From NCBI RefSeq assembly GCF_009914755.1, contig NC_060935.1: DNA of 64,000 nt; one strand, written 5' to 3'. This DNA comes from the human T2T-CHM13v2.0 reference genome, Homo sapiens. The translations under genes and the position numbers were made by a program. This document shows, in pieces, positions 46,798 to 64,000 of the stretch (position 1 is its first letter; each line of letters opens with the position of its first letter). The notes under the pieces are model-generated. The model was not told the origin of the DNA, made no database searches, and saw nothing but the letters and a program-made list of their open reading frames with translations.

Positions 46798-47436
46798 AGT
46801 GGAGATGAGGAGAATGGAGGACTAACAGAGCACATGCTTGGCAGATGGAGTCACTAGGATCAGCTGATGGCAGGATAGAGGGGTGGTAAGGGAAAAGGGG
46901 TCAAGAATGACTCCTAGGCTTTTTTGGCAATTGGGTAGGTTGCAGTTCCACTTACAAAGATGAGGACTGGGAAGAAGAAGAGCAGGCTTTTCAAGGAGGA
47001 GAAAATCAAGTTTGTTTTGGACTTGTTAGATTTGAGATGCCTCCTAGCTATCCAAATGAAGATGTCATGTAGGCATTAAATGGAAGTCTAAAATTCAGAA
47101 AGAGGCCACAGATATAAATGTAGAGGCCACTGGCATAATGATCATATATAAAGATAGTACATAGGCCGGGTGGGGTGGTTCATGCCCGTAATCCCAGCAC
47201 TTTGGGAGGCTGAGGTGGGAGGATTGGTTGAGCCCAGAAGTTCGAGACCAGACTAGGCAACAAAGTGAGACCTTGTCTCTACAAAAAATTTTAAAAAGTT
47301 AGGAGGGGCATGGTAGTCCCAGGTGCTCTGGAGGCTGAGGTGGGAAGATCACTTGAGCCCAGGAGTTTGAGGCTGCAGTTAGCCATGATTATGCCACTAC
47401 ACCCCAACCTGGGTGACAGAGCTAGTCCCTGTCTCA

Positions 47437-48165
47437 AAAAATATATATTATATATTTTATATATATAAAATATATAATATATATTTATATAAATATATAA
47501 ATATATATTATATATGTTTATATAAATATATAAAATATATATGTTTATATAATATATAAAATATATATATTATATAAATATATAAAATATATATATTTAT
47601 ATAAATATATAAAATATATATATTTATATAAATATATAAAAATATATATTTATATAAATATATAAAATATATTATATATAATATATATTATATATAATAT
47701 ATATTATATATATAAAATATATAATATATATAATATATATTTTAAATATATATTATATATATTTAAAATATAATATATAATATATATTTAAAATGTATAT
47801 CTATTATATTTTAAATATATTTAATTATATATTAATATATAAATATATAATATATACTTACATATTATATATTTAATATATAAATATATATGTACTTACA
47901 TATTATATTTTAATATATAAATATATATGTACTTACATATTATATATTTAATATATAAAATATAATATGTACGTACATATTATATTTTAATATATAAAAT
48001 ATATAATATGTAAATATATAATATGTAAGTACATATTATATATTTATATATTTATATATATAAATATATAAATATATAATATGTACTTACATATTATATA
48101 TTTATATATTTATATATATTTAATATATTTATATATTTATATTTTTTATATATATATTTTTTTTA
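47437..48165. repeat. ~730-bp AT-rich low-complexity/minisatellite tract grown from an Alu tail
   Basis: Almost only A/T, with recurring ATATATAAA and TATGTACTTACATAT units. Confidence 0.95.
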
Positions 48166-48168
48166 TGG

Positions 48169-48286
48169 TTCTGCTCCCTCTTCTGAACCTCTGAAGCTTG
48201 ATGTGCTCCGGGGTCCAGTACTGGCCTCTTTCTTGTCTCTCTGTATATTCTCTCCCTAGGAAATTTCATATATATATATATATGAA

Positions 48287-48317
<31 letters not shown>

Positions 48318-48480
48318 GGACTGGATGAAATTTCATATATATATATACTGGAGGAAATTTCATATATATATAGGACTGGATGAAATTTCCTAGGGAGAGA
48401 ATATACAGAGAGACAAGAAAGAGGCCAGTACTGGACCCCGGAGCACATCAAGCTTCAGAGGTTCAGAAGAGGGTGCAGAA
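48169..48480. repeat. Inverted repeat, 101-bp arms (48169-48269 / 48380-48480), 1 mismatch, 110-bp spacer
   Basis: Base-by-base complementarity; the ORF track gives the same peptide start on both strands. Confidence 0.97.
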
Positions 48481-49034
48481 GGCAGAAAAGGAGATGTGAA
48501 GGAGTGGACACCAAGGAGGGAGAAAACTAAGGTGACTGCAACGTTACAGAAGCCGAGAGGAGAAAGTGTTGTAAGAAGGAAGGATTCGTCGGTTACCTTG
48601 AATGCTACTTCAAGTTGAGGACAGAGGTGTAACCAATAGATTCAGCATCGGAGACAGCACTGGGATCCCTGATGAGCACTTTAAGTGGTGTAGGGCAGAG
48701 GGAATCCAGTGTACAGGCGCAGAGACGAGATTAGGTCACAGAGCTCCTTTGGGAGTTTCATCGTAAAGGGGAGCAGAAAAATGAAGAGAAATGCGAGGTA
48801 AAGGGAGGGGTTTTTTGGTTTGTTTTTGTTTTTTTAAGATAAGCAATCTAGAGAGAGAATGTTCTAGTAGGGCAGAAGAAATAATTAAGGAAAGTAAGAG
48901 AGTGATTGTAGGAGCAAAGTTCATCTTGCTGAACTCATTGGTTCTATTAGGCCTGTCAGGTAAGTCTCTTGACTTCCCATGTATATAATCATATCATCTG
49001 AAAATGCACTTGAAAAAAAATAATGGCACTTTTC

Positions 49035-49675
<641 letters not shown>

Positions 49676-50964
49676 TTAGACTATAAAGGACTTTTTCTCA
49701 GAAATAAATGTTAAATTTTATCAAATGAGTTGTGAACATTTACTGAAATGATCACATAATTATTTCTTTAGTCTATTATGTAGTGAATTACATTAAATAT
49801 TTCCTAATGTGAAGCCATACTTGCCATTCCTGGAATAGACTCATCTTGGTCATGATGTTTTTTAATGTATATTTTTATCCATCTTTTAATATAGTTAATT
49901 TTATTTGTTTGTATTTTGTCTGGAATTTTTGCATCAACACTAATAGATGAGATTGGTCTGCAGTTTTGCTTTGTGTGTGTGTGACTGTTTTTTCCAGTTT
50001 TGTTAACAATTTTGTTATCTCTATAGAATTCATCCATTTCCCACTATTTTCTGTTGAAGTACAGATGGAAGTAGTTCTTTTACTACGTTTTCAACGTGAA
50101 TATTAGTTTTTAAAGGTTTTCTGCCTCTTCTTGGTTTTAGTATTTAATATTTTCCTAGGAAATTATCCACTATTTTAAAATTTTCTTTTGGTTATGTTTA
50201 GCTTTCCCTAAAAATATTGTTTTCTTTATTATGCAAGAGTCTGAGAATGTGCTGGTATGATTTCTACTTCGGGGGACTTAAGAAAATGTTCTTTGTGACT
50301 TATCACATCATCTAATTTTACGGATGTTCCATTTAATTTGAAAATAATGTAACATTTTCATTTTGGGGTATGTAACAGTCAGGATAGAGCAAACACACCT
50401 GCAATGACAAATTATCCCTTTATTGTGTTAACACAATAAAGGCTTACTTCACTTTCACTCTAAGTTCAACATACATTGGGGGACTCTCCAGGGCAGCTCC
50501 TCTCCATGTGGTTCTCTGTGTGGTTACTCAGAGATTCAGGTAATTTCCATCTTGTGGCTCGGCCATCTTATTCCATGGCTGTCACCAAGAAAGAAGAGAG
50601 TTTTGAGATGAAATACCAGCTTTTAAATGCTTTGTCATTTAACTCATTGGCTATCACTGAACACTTCACCCTTCCCTACTACAAGAGGGTTGTTAAACAT
50701 AGTCTTCCCATTAGCTCAAGAGGAAGATAAAAACCAAATATGGAGAGCCCAAATAGTCTTTACCACAGAGTACAAAGGTCAATATATGTGTGCACTTAGA
50801 GTATAGGAATTAAGAGCATGAACTGTGGAGCCAAATGCAGTCCTGCCATTCACTTGGCTGTGTGACTTCAAGCAAGTTATTTAATTTTTCCATGCCTTGA
50901 TTTCTCAATCTGTAAAATTTCTGTCTCATAGGATTATTATGAGGATTAAATGAGTTCATATTTA

Positions 50965-53508
<2,544 letters not shown>

Positions 53509-54462
53509 AAAAACAAATATATAAAATCAACTTTGTAAAATGTCGTTATTCATATCCTCTATGTCCTTACTATTATTTTTCTTTTACTTACTTTCCCATT
53601 TCTGAGAGATGAGTTTAACTTTCCTACAATTTTTAAAAGAATTACTCTTGGTATGTCTAACAAAATTTGCTTAACATATTTAGTTGCTCTATTGTTTATT
53701 GTAAAGTTTATGATGGTTACATCTCATTAATTGTATCATTTATAGTTATAAAATATCCCGTGTCCCTTTAATGTTTTTCCCCTGATTCTGTTCTTTGTTT
53801 TGCAATTCCTGCTTTCTATTTTGTTATTACTTACTTAATTTTTATTTATCCCTGCCTTTATTGTGTGTTGTTTTAAGTTTGTCACTTGTAAAAACGTAAA
53901 ACTGATTTTGTCTCCAAACAGAATACTTACTTTTTAATAATGTAGTCTAGCCCATTCATATCATTGGTGTTTTGAGTCTTAAAATGTATTTTGATTTCCT
54001 TCTTTTTCTTTCTCAATCTGACCTTTGCTGGCTTGATCAAATTTTCTCTGGTCCTTTTTTTAAAATCTAGTGGTTTAGAAATTCTACATCTTTTGCCTAT
54101 TTCAATAGTGATTATCCTTGAATCATTAACAAGCATATTTAAATGTATATATTCCTATCAACACCAAGATTACTCAGTATCTACAACCTCTTTCCTTAAC
54201 AAGACAAGGCATTTGGAATGCTCTTATTTCTCTTTTCCCTTGCCTCCTCCACCCTAAACCTTCCAATATCTCATTTTTGTTCATTCAACAAATATTTACT
54301 GAGCCTCAAGTATGTGTTAAAAACATCTGGAATTTTATTTACAAATTGTTGGTACATTAACATTTAACAATTGCATCAAATGTTACATTAACATCATCAG
54401 TGATTATTTAATCTTTATTAACAATTTTCCTGATTTGTTCATTGTTTGTAGAGGCATTACTG

Positions 54463-55125
<663 letters not shown>

Positions 55126-57283
55126 GACATTACTGTTTTTAATGCTCTGCATCTATTCCCTTTCCTTCTGTTGAAAAAACTCTGGTTTTCTCCTGGGGAC
55201 TCACTCCTCTCTCAGTCTCAGTCCATTTGCTTTGGTTGGACCTACTTCTACTCCTCCTGCCCTCTCCCCGAGTTCTAGGGCAGTTGCAGGACTCTGGACT
55301 GGCTGAGGAGAGGATCAATAGCCTTTGGCCAGATTAATTGGTTCAGTAATGAGCACATGATGCAATTTGGACCAATAAGAATCAGGCCCAAGACTTCTGT
55401 TTGCAATTTAGAAGATAGTTTCTCTTTCTTATCTTTAACTCTGGGGGATAAAAGCCTGAAGTTCATGGAAGTCATCTAGTGAAGAAGGCTTATTGAAGGT
55501 GATGACAAGGTGGTATCTAGTGATAGATGAAAAGAAACCAGGACCTAAGGCACTGCTTAGGTACCTGGAACCATCCTACCTGAAGCTTGACTCCTCTTTT
55601 GTTAAGCCATAGGTTTTTGACCCATAAGTTACTGGGTTTTTTTTCTATCCCATGAATATATTTTTTATTTTCTTAAAGTCCTTTAATAATTTTCTTCCAG
55701 AAAGACTGCAGGGGTATACTTCAAAATACTCATATGTCCAAGTGTTTCAATTCTAGAGGCTTGCTGTCTTTGTCATTTCATAGCTCGCCTTGGGAAGGTA
55801 AGTAAAACTGGTACAGCATTTTATATGATGGCAGTTCAATGTTCGTGTATTATACATGTAGAAAACGAAGCATTTTTAGGTAAAAATGGGGGAGGACTTT
55901 ATAATCAGACAAATATGAATTCAAATTTCAACACTTCCACTTACTACCTGTGTGAACATCAACAAATTTCTTAACTTCTCTGAACCTTTCTTCATCCAGA
56001 AAAGATAGAGATGATATTATCTCCCTTGTGAGAATTGTGTTAATAAGATAATATATGTATGTAAATTCCCTAGATCAGGTCCTAGCACACAATAAGTACT
56101 CGGTAATTGCAAATTTCCTTCCTCTTCCCTTTCTTTATGGTGCTTCAATAAATTTCAACAAAGAATAATATTGCAGAGAGGAACATTTATTTTAATACAT
56201 GTTTTAACCCCCAATCCTTATACAAGTATCTTACCAGGGTTTGGAAAGTAACATGAGCATTCCTGATCTGTGCAGTTATTTTTTGAAAGTTATAATCCCA
56301 AGATGTTATACTTCTAAGATAGCAAAAGTCATATTGAATTGTTGGTGTTGAGTCATTTAAAAAGTAAATCAAATGTGGGTATGTGGTGTATGGAAAGCGT
56401 AGAGAAGAACTTTCCTTTTTTGTGTGCAGTGAAATCAAAGCAAAGTGTAGCCTTGCCACTCGTATGCACACCTCAGGAAAAATCATTCTCTGAAAAATTA
56501 TTCTTAGGCTGATCTATAGAGATTTTAATACCATGCTAATATACAAACTGAGAGTTTAAAATGCACGCTAATTGTCTTGTGACTGGAGATTTAGGTAAAA
56601 AGAATAGTTTTGGACATCACAATGTGATTTATGTGTATGGTTAAGAAAGATTAGGGAAATTTTTCTTCAGGGAAAAATTAGGCCCAAGGTAAAAGTTGTG
56701 CTTACTATTCTTCAGCTATATATTGTGTGCATGCAGCAAACTAAAGGTTTTTCTGATATCAATCTCTAAAATTTATATAGTGCTTTACATTTTTCAAAGT
56801 ACTTTTATTTATATTGTTTACTTTGGTCATTAAAGTAACTGAGACTCAGATGGTTCGGTGACTTATCTAAAGTTACACGGCTTGTAAATGGCATAACATG
56901 AACTAGAAACCACCTGTTCTGTCTCTCAGCTCTGTGTGGTTTTACTCATCATGCTACCTCTTCTAAGAGGAAACGTGATTTGAACTCCAGTGAATGAATA
57001 TGTACATGTTTAGCTTAGATTTTATCATTTACTTGAAGGAGATCCCTGTAACAAGCGACAACCATTTTCCAGAAACCACAGTTGCCGTGGGAACGCTCCC
57101 TAAGCTTACTTCTGTCTATGGCATTGTAAATATTTGTTCCTTTGTTTCTCTCCTTGGCCATAAACTCTTTCAGGGCAGGAACTGTGCCTTTCACCTCTAC
57201 GGCAGGATCCAGCACAGTGCCTATTACAGAGAAGGCTGTTAATAAGTAATTATCCAATACATGCTTGTTGAGAAGGAATATAT

Positions 57284-57462
57284 GAATACAAAAATGAAGC
57301 TGGGCATGGTGGCGGGCACCTTTAGTCCCAGCTACTTGGAAGGATGAGGCACGAAAATCACTTAAGCCCACGAGGCGGACGTTGCAGTGAGTGGAGATCG
57401 TGCCACTGCACTCCAGCCTGGGCAACAGATTGAGACTCCGTCTCAAACACAAAAAGAAAAAA
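57284..57462 (+). mobile_element. Alu right arm
   Basis: AATACAAAAA linker through poly-A. Confidence 0.85.
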
Positions 57463-59833
57463 GCAAGTCTATGTGAGATGTGAGAGAAATGCAAGACATG
57501 ATAATAAAAACAAAATGCTGTCTGTAATCCTTAATCATGAAGGTCAAAGCTCCATTTATGCCTCCACGCGTGTGAAACAGAGGCTGCTTCTTTAAGACCT
57601 CAGATGTTAGAAGCCATATGGCATTCTATCCATGTTCAAATTGAAATTAATTTGATGAAGCAAAGGGATGGAGGAGAGAGGTTAGGCCGGGACATAATCT
57701 CTTAAGTCCTCAAGATCCAGATCTACTAAATCTCCCTGCAAAAATCATAGTAATCTTCACAACATGACATCTTCAGTGAGCTCTCATATCAGATGACACC
57801 CAAATGGCTTTACGGGAAGAGTGGTGCACAAGTCTGTTTACACACAGCATTACACAAATTTCATTCCAAGTCCCCTTCAATTCTCATTACACTTTTTAAA
57901 ATTACAATTGGAAACCCTGTTTATCACTTGAACTTCTCTGCTTCAACACATTGCCTCATGAAGTGTTGGCTTGTGGCCATTTCAAACACACTGAGCAAAA
58001 TGGCCCAACAAGTATCGATCACGACAAAGCCTTTCATTTGCTGTGCATTACAGCTTGCCAAAAGTCACACAGTAAGTGGCAGAGGGGGAACAGAACCTAA
58101 GGCCTCACTTATCCTTGGAAACATTTTACCTCAATGTACCACAACATTTCAAAAAGTAGATTGAGGAACCCAAAGATATATTTCATTTTTCAGTTCCTTC
58201 AGGTTTTTAAGACTTCATTAAGTTTGGGTTCTGAATCATATAGAAACCTCCCAATCCTTTAGTGATAATTATGAAAGCACTCAATACCATCTGGAAGAGC
58301 CAAGACATTCTAAGACTAGGACTCGTGATTTACATTAAAGACAGCGTGAATGGTGCCCCCCGGAGTTGTACCATGCAGCATTCCTGCTCAAGTTAATAAC
58401 GCAAACTGTGCAAAAATGCCATTAATATGGAAACACAGAATGGTCTGAATCATTAGGAAGTGCTGGCTACTCAGATTTTGGAGTGAGGAAAACTATCTTA
58501 TAGCATGAGAATCAACTGTGCTTGGGGAAATTGGCCCCGTTACTTGGGCACACTTGATTTCCCTCAATGTCTGCTGTCTTAATGTTTGCTTTGTGTTGTT
58601 CAAAGAGGCATTATCGCCCTGCTCATACAGTGCCACTAGCCATTTCTCCAACAAGTTAAACAGCATTTGTTGAGGCTGCAGAAAGCAAAGCCAGTACCAT
58701 TTGTCAAATTAATGACCTCTGAAGCTTTTATGAAAGGGTATGATAAGTCTACATCAGGGGAAATGAGCAAACGTGATGATTAACCTCCCTTCTTTGTTTC
58801 TCCAACTGAGCTTAAGGTACTGTGACCGAGCTTTCATGGAAATCAGGAAGATTCTGAGAGAATCCAAATGTGACCATCTGGGAGAGTTAAGAGAAGAAAA
58901 TACACCATGTGGAGAGACAAGGACTGCCACTCCTGGAGTTCCAAATGGACAGAAGGAGAGAGCTTCCTCGCATCTTTGGGAAAATCCTATCTACATAGCA
59001 TAAATGCCCCATACTCCACCCTGGAAGAGGCTAATCAGGGGCACCTCCTCATGGGTGCCAGATATTAGAAGATTTTACAGGCTCCATTGCGGCAGAAGGT
59101 AATCAAAAAGGCCCAAGCCCCACCCTACAGAGAGCAGCAGCATGACCTTAAACTGCCTTTGCTGGTCACTTGGAGAGGGAGGGTCCATTTTCCTCAGTGG
59201 GCAACAAAGCCGCTGATAATCAGGTGCACACATGACGTGGATGTAACCTGCTGAGGAAGTGTCTGATATACCAAAGGAGCCAGGACTCACAACAAGCCTG
59301 GCCAGGAAAAAGAAGCCTCAGAGAACCCCAGAGCAGCCTCTACTTTGTAGATGATATGAGTAAATACAACGCAGACAGCCACTTAGCAAGTTCAGAGCCA
59401 CTTCCAAACGACGCTGAGGGCCTGGTGTCAGCTCCTGCACAGCAGGCTCCATTCTCTCCCCTTCAGGCTGTGTGCATGTTCACTCCAGTGAGTCACAAAG
59501 ACACATTCCCAGGTGCGCACCTGGCCAAAAGCACAGAAGAGGAAGTCGCACATGTGACCATCCTCTGCCAACCAGCCCACGTGTACAGCAGAAATCAGTA
59601 TTGTTTGCCTCTGTAATAAAATCATTGCATAAATTTTGTAGAGCTTTGAATCGGCCTCGTAAGTGTCACCAGGCAACTCTTCCAAGAAGGGTAGGGGGAT
59701 GGTGAGGTAGAGAACTCCAGGGACACAGAAAAGGACCATGGTGTGTTTCTTGCAAAGCCCTTGTGCTGGAAATGCTATGAAGGCAAAAACTTTATGCTGA
59801 CCATGAAACCCAATCAATATAACACAAAATTCA

Positions 59834-60546
<713 letters not shown>

Positions 60547-60891
60547 TTAAGGTCATGGGCCAAAACATAAGGGAGACAAAACCACAAAGGGTGACATCAG
60601 TTGCTTGTAATGGTTTAGCTGCCATGTGGTGGTAGCCATAAGACGGCTGCTAATCTGTATCTTCAGCCAAATTACACTTCTGAAAACCTTGTGCTCAATA
60701 AGCAACCAGCTGACTGGACTAAGACCACCACAAGGATGGAGAAGGGCAGATTCAGATTTTATGGTACCTGAAAATCATTCAAGTTGGGGGCCTTGTCCAA
60801 TAAAAATAGTATAAAATTTCACATTCAAAATTGCTAGGCACCTCCCAGAGTCGTGGAAGGAGACCACGTGACCAAGTGAGGGGCCATTAAA

Positions 60892-61070
60892 CCCATGGTT
60901 CCCAAACTTTGCCATACAGTAGAACCACTTGGGGAGCTTTTAAAAAGTCCTGGTGCCCAGTTCGCACCCCATATCAATTGAATCAGAATGTCTGGGGGTA
61001 GAAACCAGGCACTGGCATTTTTAAAGAGCCTGTGGTGATTCCAATCTGCATGAAAGTTTGGGAACCACTA
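60892..61070. mobile_element. MER5A-like hAT-Charlie MITE
   Basis: TIRs TGGTTCCCAAACTT / AAGTTTGGGAACCA; internal GGAGCTTTTAAAAA...AATCAGAAT. Confidence 0.75.
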
Positions 61071-61729
61071 CCTTAAGGGTTAAGCCTTATTGACGTTAAG
61101 TCAGCCTCCAGCTAGGGAACATAGTTTTCATTCACTTATTTAACTAACATTTGTGGAGCAACTGCCCTATGTCAAGCACTGTATCCCCCAGCATTTAGTG
61201 CTGTGCCTGACATGGAGCTGGCCATCAGCAAACGCTTGCTGAATATAAAAATGAATATGTTCAACAGTGTCTCCCGTTTCACATTGGAGATGGGTTGTAG
61301 ACTGGATGTGGAATTCCAGTTTATCTTTCTCTTTAGATGTGTCAGCATTTTAAAGGAATACTTTAGGCTTACCCCAGGATAGACATGCTTCATGGCTTCA
61401 CCATACATATTAGGTGCTCCCTGTAGATTCTGGATATAAAAGAAGTCAGTCAGCAAGCCTACTGAAATATAATGAAATCTCTTTTTTATCTACCATCCTG
61501 CTCTTTGTTTTCTTGAAAATGGATCCATGTATGTGGAAGAATATTGAGTATATCTAACTATAGGGATTCCAAAAGTCTCTAAGGATTCTTATTTTATCTC
61601 CCTTATCTATCTTACCTATCATAACTTCAGCAAATTCATCTCCTCCTACTCTTCCCATATTGTAGGGTCTAGGTCTCAAAATTCAACTCATACTATTGCT
61701 CAGATGCAGAGAGAAAGGTAACAGCTTCA

Positions 61730-62044
<315 letters not shown>

Positions 62045-64000
62045 TTAATTAAAAAAAAAAAAAAAGATTCAGTGCTTAAATAGCTTCCTCTTAAGACGGA
62101 GCCCAACTTTATGAAAGAGAGGTACACCTGTGAGACCTCACGGTAGGTGTGGAGAGGATTATGTTCTTTCCAACTCTAGCCTCTTGGTTTCCAACATGCT
62201 GATTGCTTCACTGTTGTGTGAGGCTGTGTCGTGAAGCTAATGTAATTTAGGGATTTTGTTTTTCTTGGCCTGGGTAAGACTCCACAGTACTCCCTGAGTG
62301 AGTAGGCCTCATCACAGTTCCCACTGGCAACAAACCTTTGAGCCTCTCACATATACATCATTCCTCTAGTCTCTGCTGTGGCACAATCGTTCCCTGCCAT
62401 GCAGGTGTGTTGGCATGTCCACTAGCTCTCAACTCAGCATTGATATTGCATGGGAACTTCAGGAATCACAGGAAAGCTAAAATTCAGAACCTCCCTCTAC
62501 AGGTGAGATATGGCCAAGCCCTGGGTTGGAATGAGAGTGGTCTGAGTGATTTCCTTGTTAAGTCCCAAAAGAGGAGTGGGTGGAAGCATTTATCTGCTGT
62601 CCTTAATTGTCATGGAGGGTGGGCAGTGGTGGAAGGGTGCTGTTGAGCCTGCATATAAACTACAGGGAGATATTCTCTCACTAAATATATACATCACTTA
62701 TAGTTGTGTAATCCTCAAGAGACCCCCACATCTCCGACTAGCATAGAAGTTGGAAGAGTGAAAGTACATAGCTTCAGGAGAAGTGAGATGGACCTTGAAC
62801 TTTCAGAAACTGATGGAATGAACAGCTATTAACTAGCCCCCTTGTCTTCCTCCTATCTTGAATTGTCACCTCCTTAGTCCCACTAACTGAGCACAGTGCT
62901 TAACACACAATAAGTTCAAATCACAATATACTTTGGAATGAATGAATGAATGAGAAGTGTTAATCTACAATTCAGTTTCTCTCTTACGGGTTCAATAAGC
63001 TTCAACAAAGCACTTGGTGATCACATATTGGAAATTCATCTTTGACTGAAGACATGACACTCTCAATAGAACCTATGTTCTATTAACATCCCATTTCTCC
63101 CAGGGAGGGCCACATCGTCCGCCCACTGAAACTCTCCAAGGTCCAATAGCAATCTTACTGGAGTGCAGTTTGAGAGAACTGGTCAAGAGTGATGATAGGG
63201 GCTTTACAAAGAAAAAATTGAGCTCAAATTTTAGAGCAAGAAAAAATGGATTTTAACCAAAGATAAGTATTCCCAAACTCTACGATGTGGCAAATAAGCT
63301 GATGGTAGCTCCTCTGTATTAGACACAGACACAGATAAAAATCAGTAGACCAATCCAATTCTTCTACTAACAATCACATCAACTACCAAACTTCTCTTCT
63401 GCTCCTTCTGCACTTGTTTCCAGAACCGACGTCCACTCCCCGGGACAACCCGCCACATGTACACTGGCTCCGCTGCCCAGTGTTTCTGTTGTTTGGAATT
63501 ATTTAGGCAGAGCTGTAACCCCTTTCCCATAACTACCCCCTCCCCACCATCCAATTGCTTTCTTCTGGTTCTTTTTATCTACAATTTCAAAAGAAACATT
63601 TTGGCTCCCATTGGCAACAAATCCTTGAATCTCTTTCTCATCATTTCTCTAGATGAGAGGCTTAAAGGGGAAATAAGACAGGAAGAATTTTTTTTTCTTT
63701 TTCAATTAACTTCAATTTCTTTCAAGTCTAAGTAAACTCTGGCCCCAGAACAACCAGGATGATATAATTATGGAAACTATTAATCTCTCCATCAAAGGAG
63801 AGCCAGCTCATGGTTACGGAGCAGTTGGCACGTTCCTCCAAAGGGTTTCTGCAGCATGATGTTCCTGGTTTCCCTCGGAGTCACAAATGCTCAGGGTACA
63901 CCTTTTAGCAAGTAGGCAACTTCCTAAGAAAATGAAATAATCCATGAGTACTTTGTGAGTTGTTCTGGGAAATTGGGCATTTTTCCTTAATTGCTCTAAA

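Larger units (their letters stand above)
46575..48800 (-). mobile_element. L2 fragment interrupted by U2 retrocopy, AluJ (47164-47440), AT-rich tract and inverted duplication
   Basis: L2-like GTCAAGAATGACTCCTAGGCTTTTT, TTTGAGATGCCT, GGACTGGATGAAATTTCCTAGGGAGAG segments, collinear across the interruptions. Confidence 0.7.

Noticed and set aside
48198-48451. Twin 61-aa ORFs with identical N-termini on opposite strands
   Set aside because: A by-product of the inverted repeat, with TTG starts and low-complexity tails.
63342-63554. 70-aa minus-strand ORF in a mildly CpG-enriched unique patch near the right edge
   Set aside because: No recognisable homology or convincing splice sites; cannot be assigned to the neighbouring gene from sequence alone.

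Overview
Human genomic DNA from the chr11p15.1 SERGEF-TPH1 region, recognised from the encoded proteins. Two genes lie in tandem on the minus strand. (1) TPH1 (tryptophan hydroxylase 1) is complete: a TATA/inverted-CCAAT promoter at ~39.9 kb, a short non-coding exon 1, ten coding exons with GT-AG boundaries totalling 1335 nt (444 aa), and a long 3' UTR to ~11.2 kb. (2) SERGEF (RCC1-repeat protein) is represented by its CpG-island promoter and first three coding exons; it continues off the left edge. The rest is intronic or intergenic and rich in Alu, L1, L2, MIR, LTR and DNA-transposon relics. I found no evidence of a new multi-gene system. Best second-look items: an alternative TPH1 C-terminal exon that appears to be an exonised L2 reverse-transcriptase motif read in its ancestral frame; a recent 101-bp inverted duplication next to an AT-rich tract with perfect palindromes; an Alu insertion whose target-site duplication copied a TPH1 splice donor, beside an inverted Alu pair; a tailless U2 snRNA retrocopy; a twin-primed L1 carrying two templated micro-insertions; and phase-compatible splice sites for a TPH1-SERGEF read-through fusion. 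Repeat subfamily names are from recognition by eye and their boundaries are approximate.
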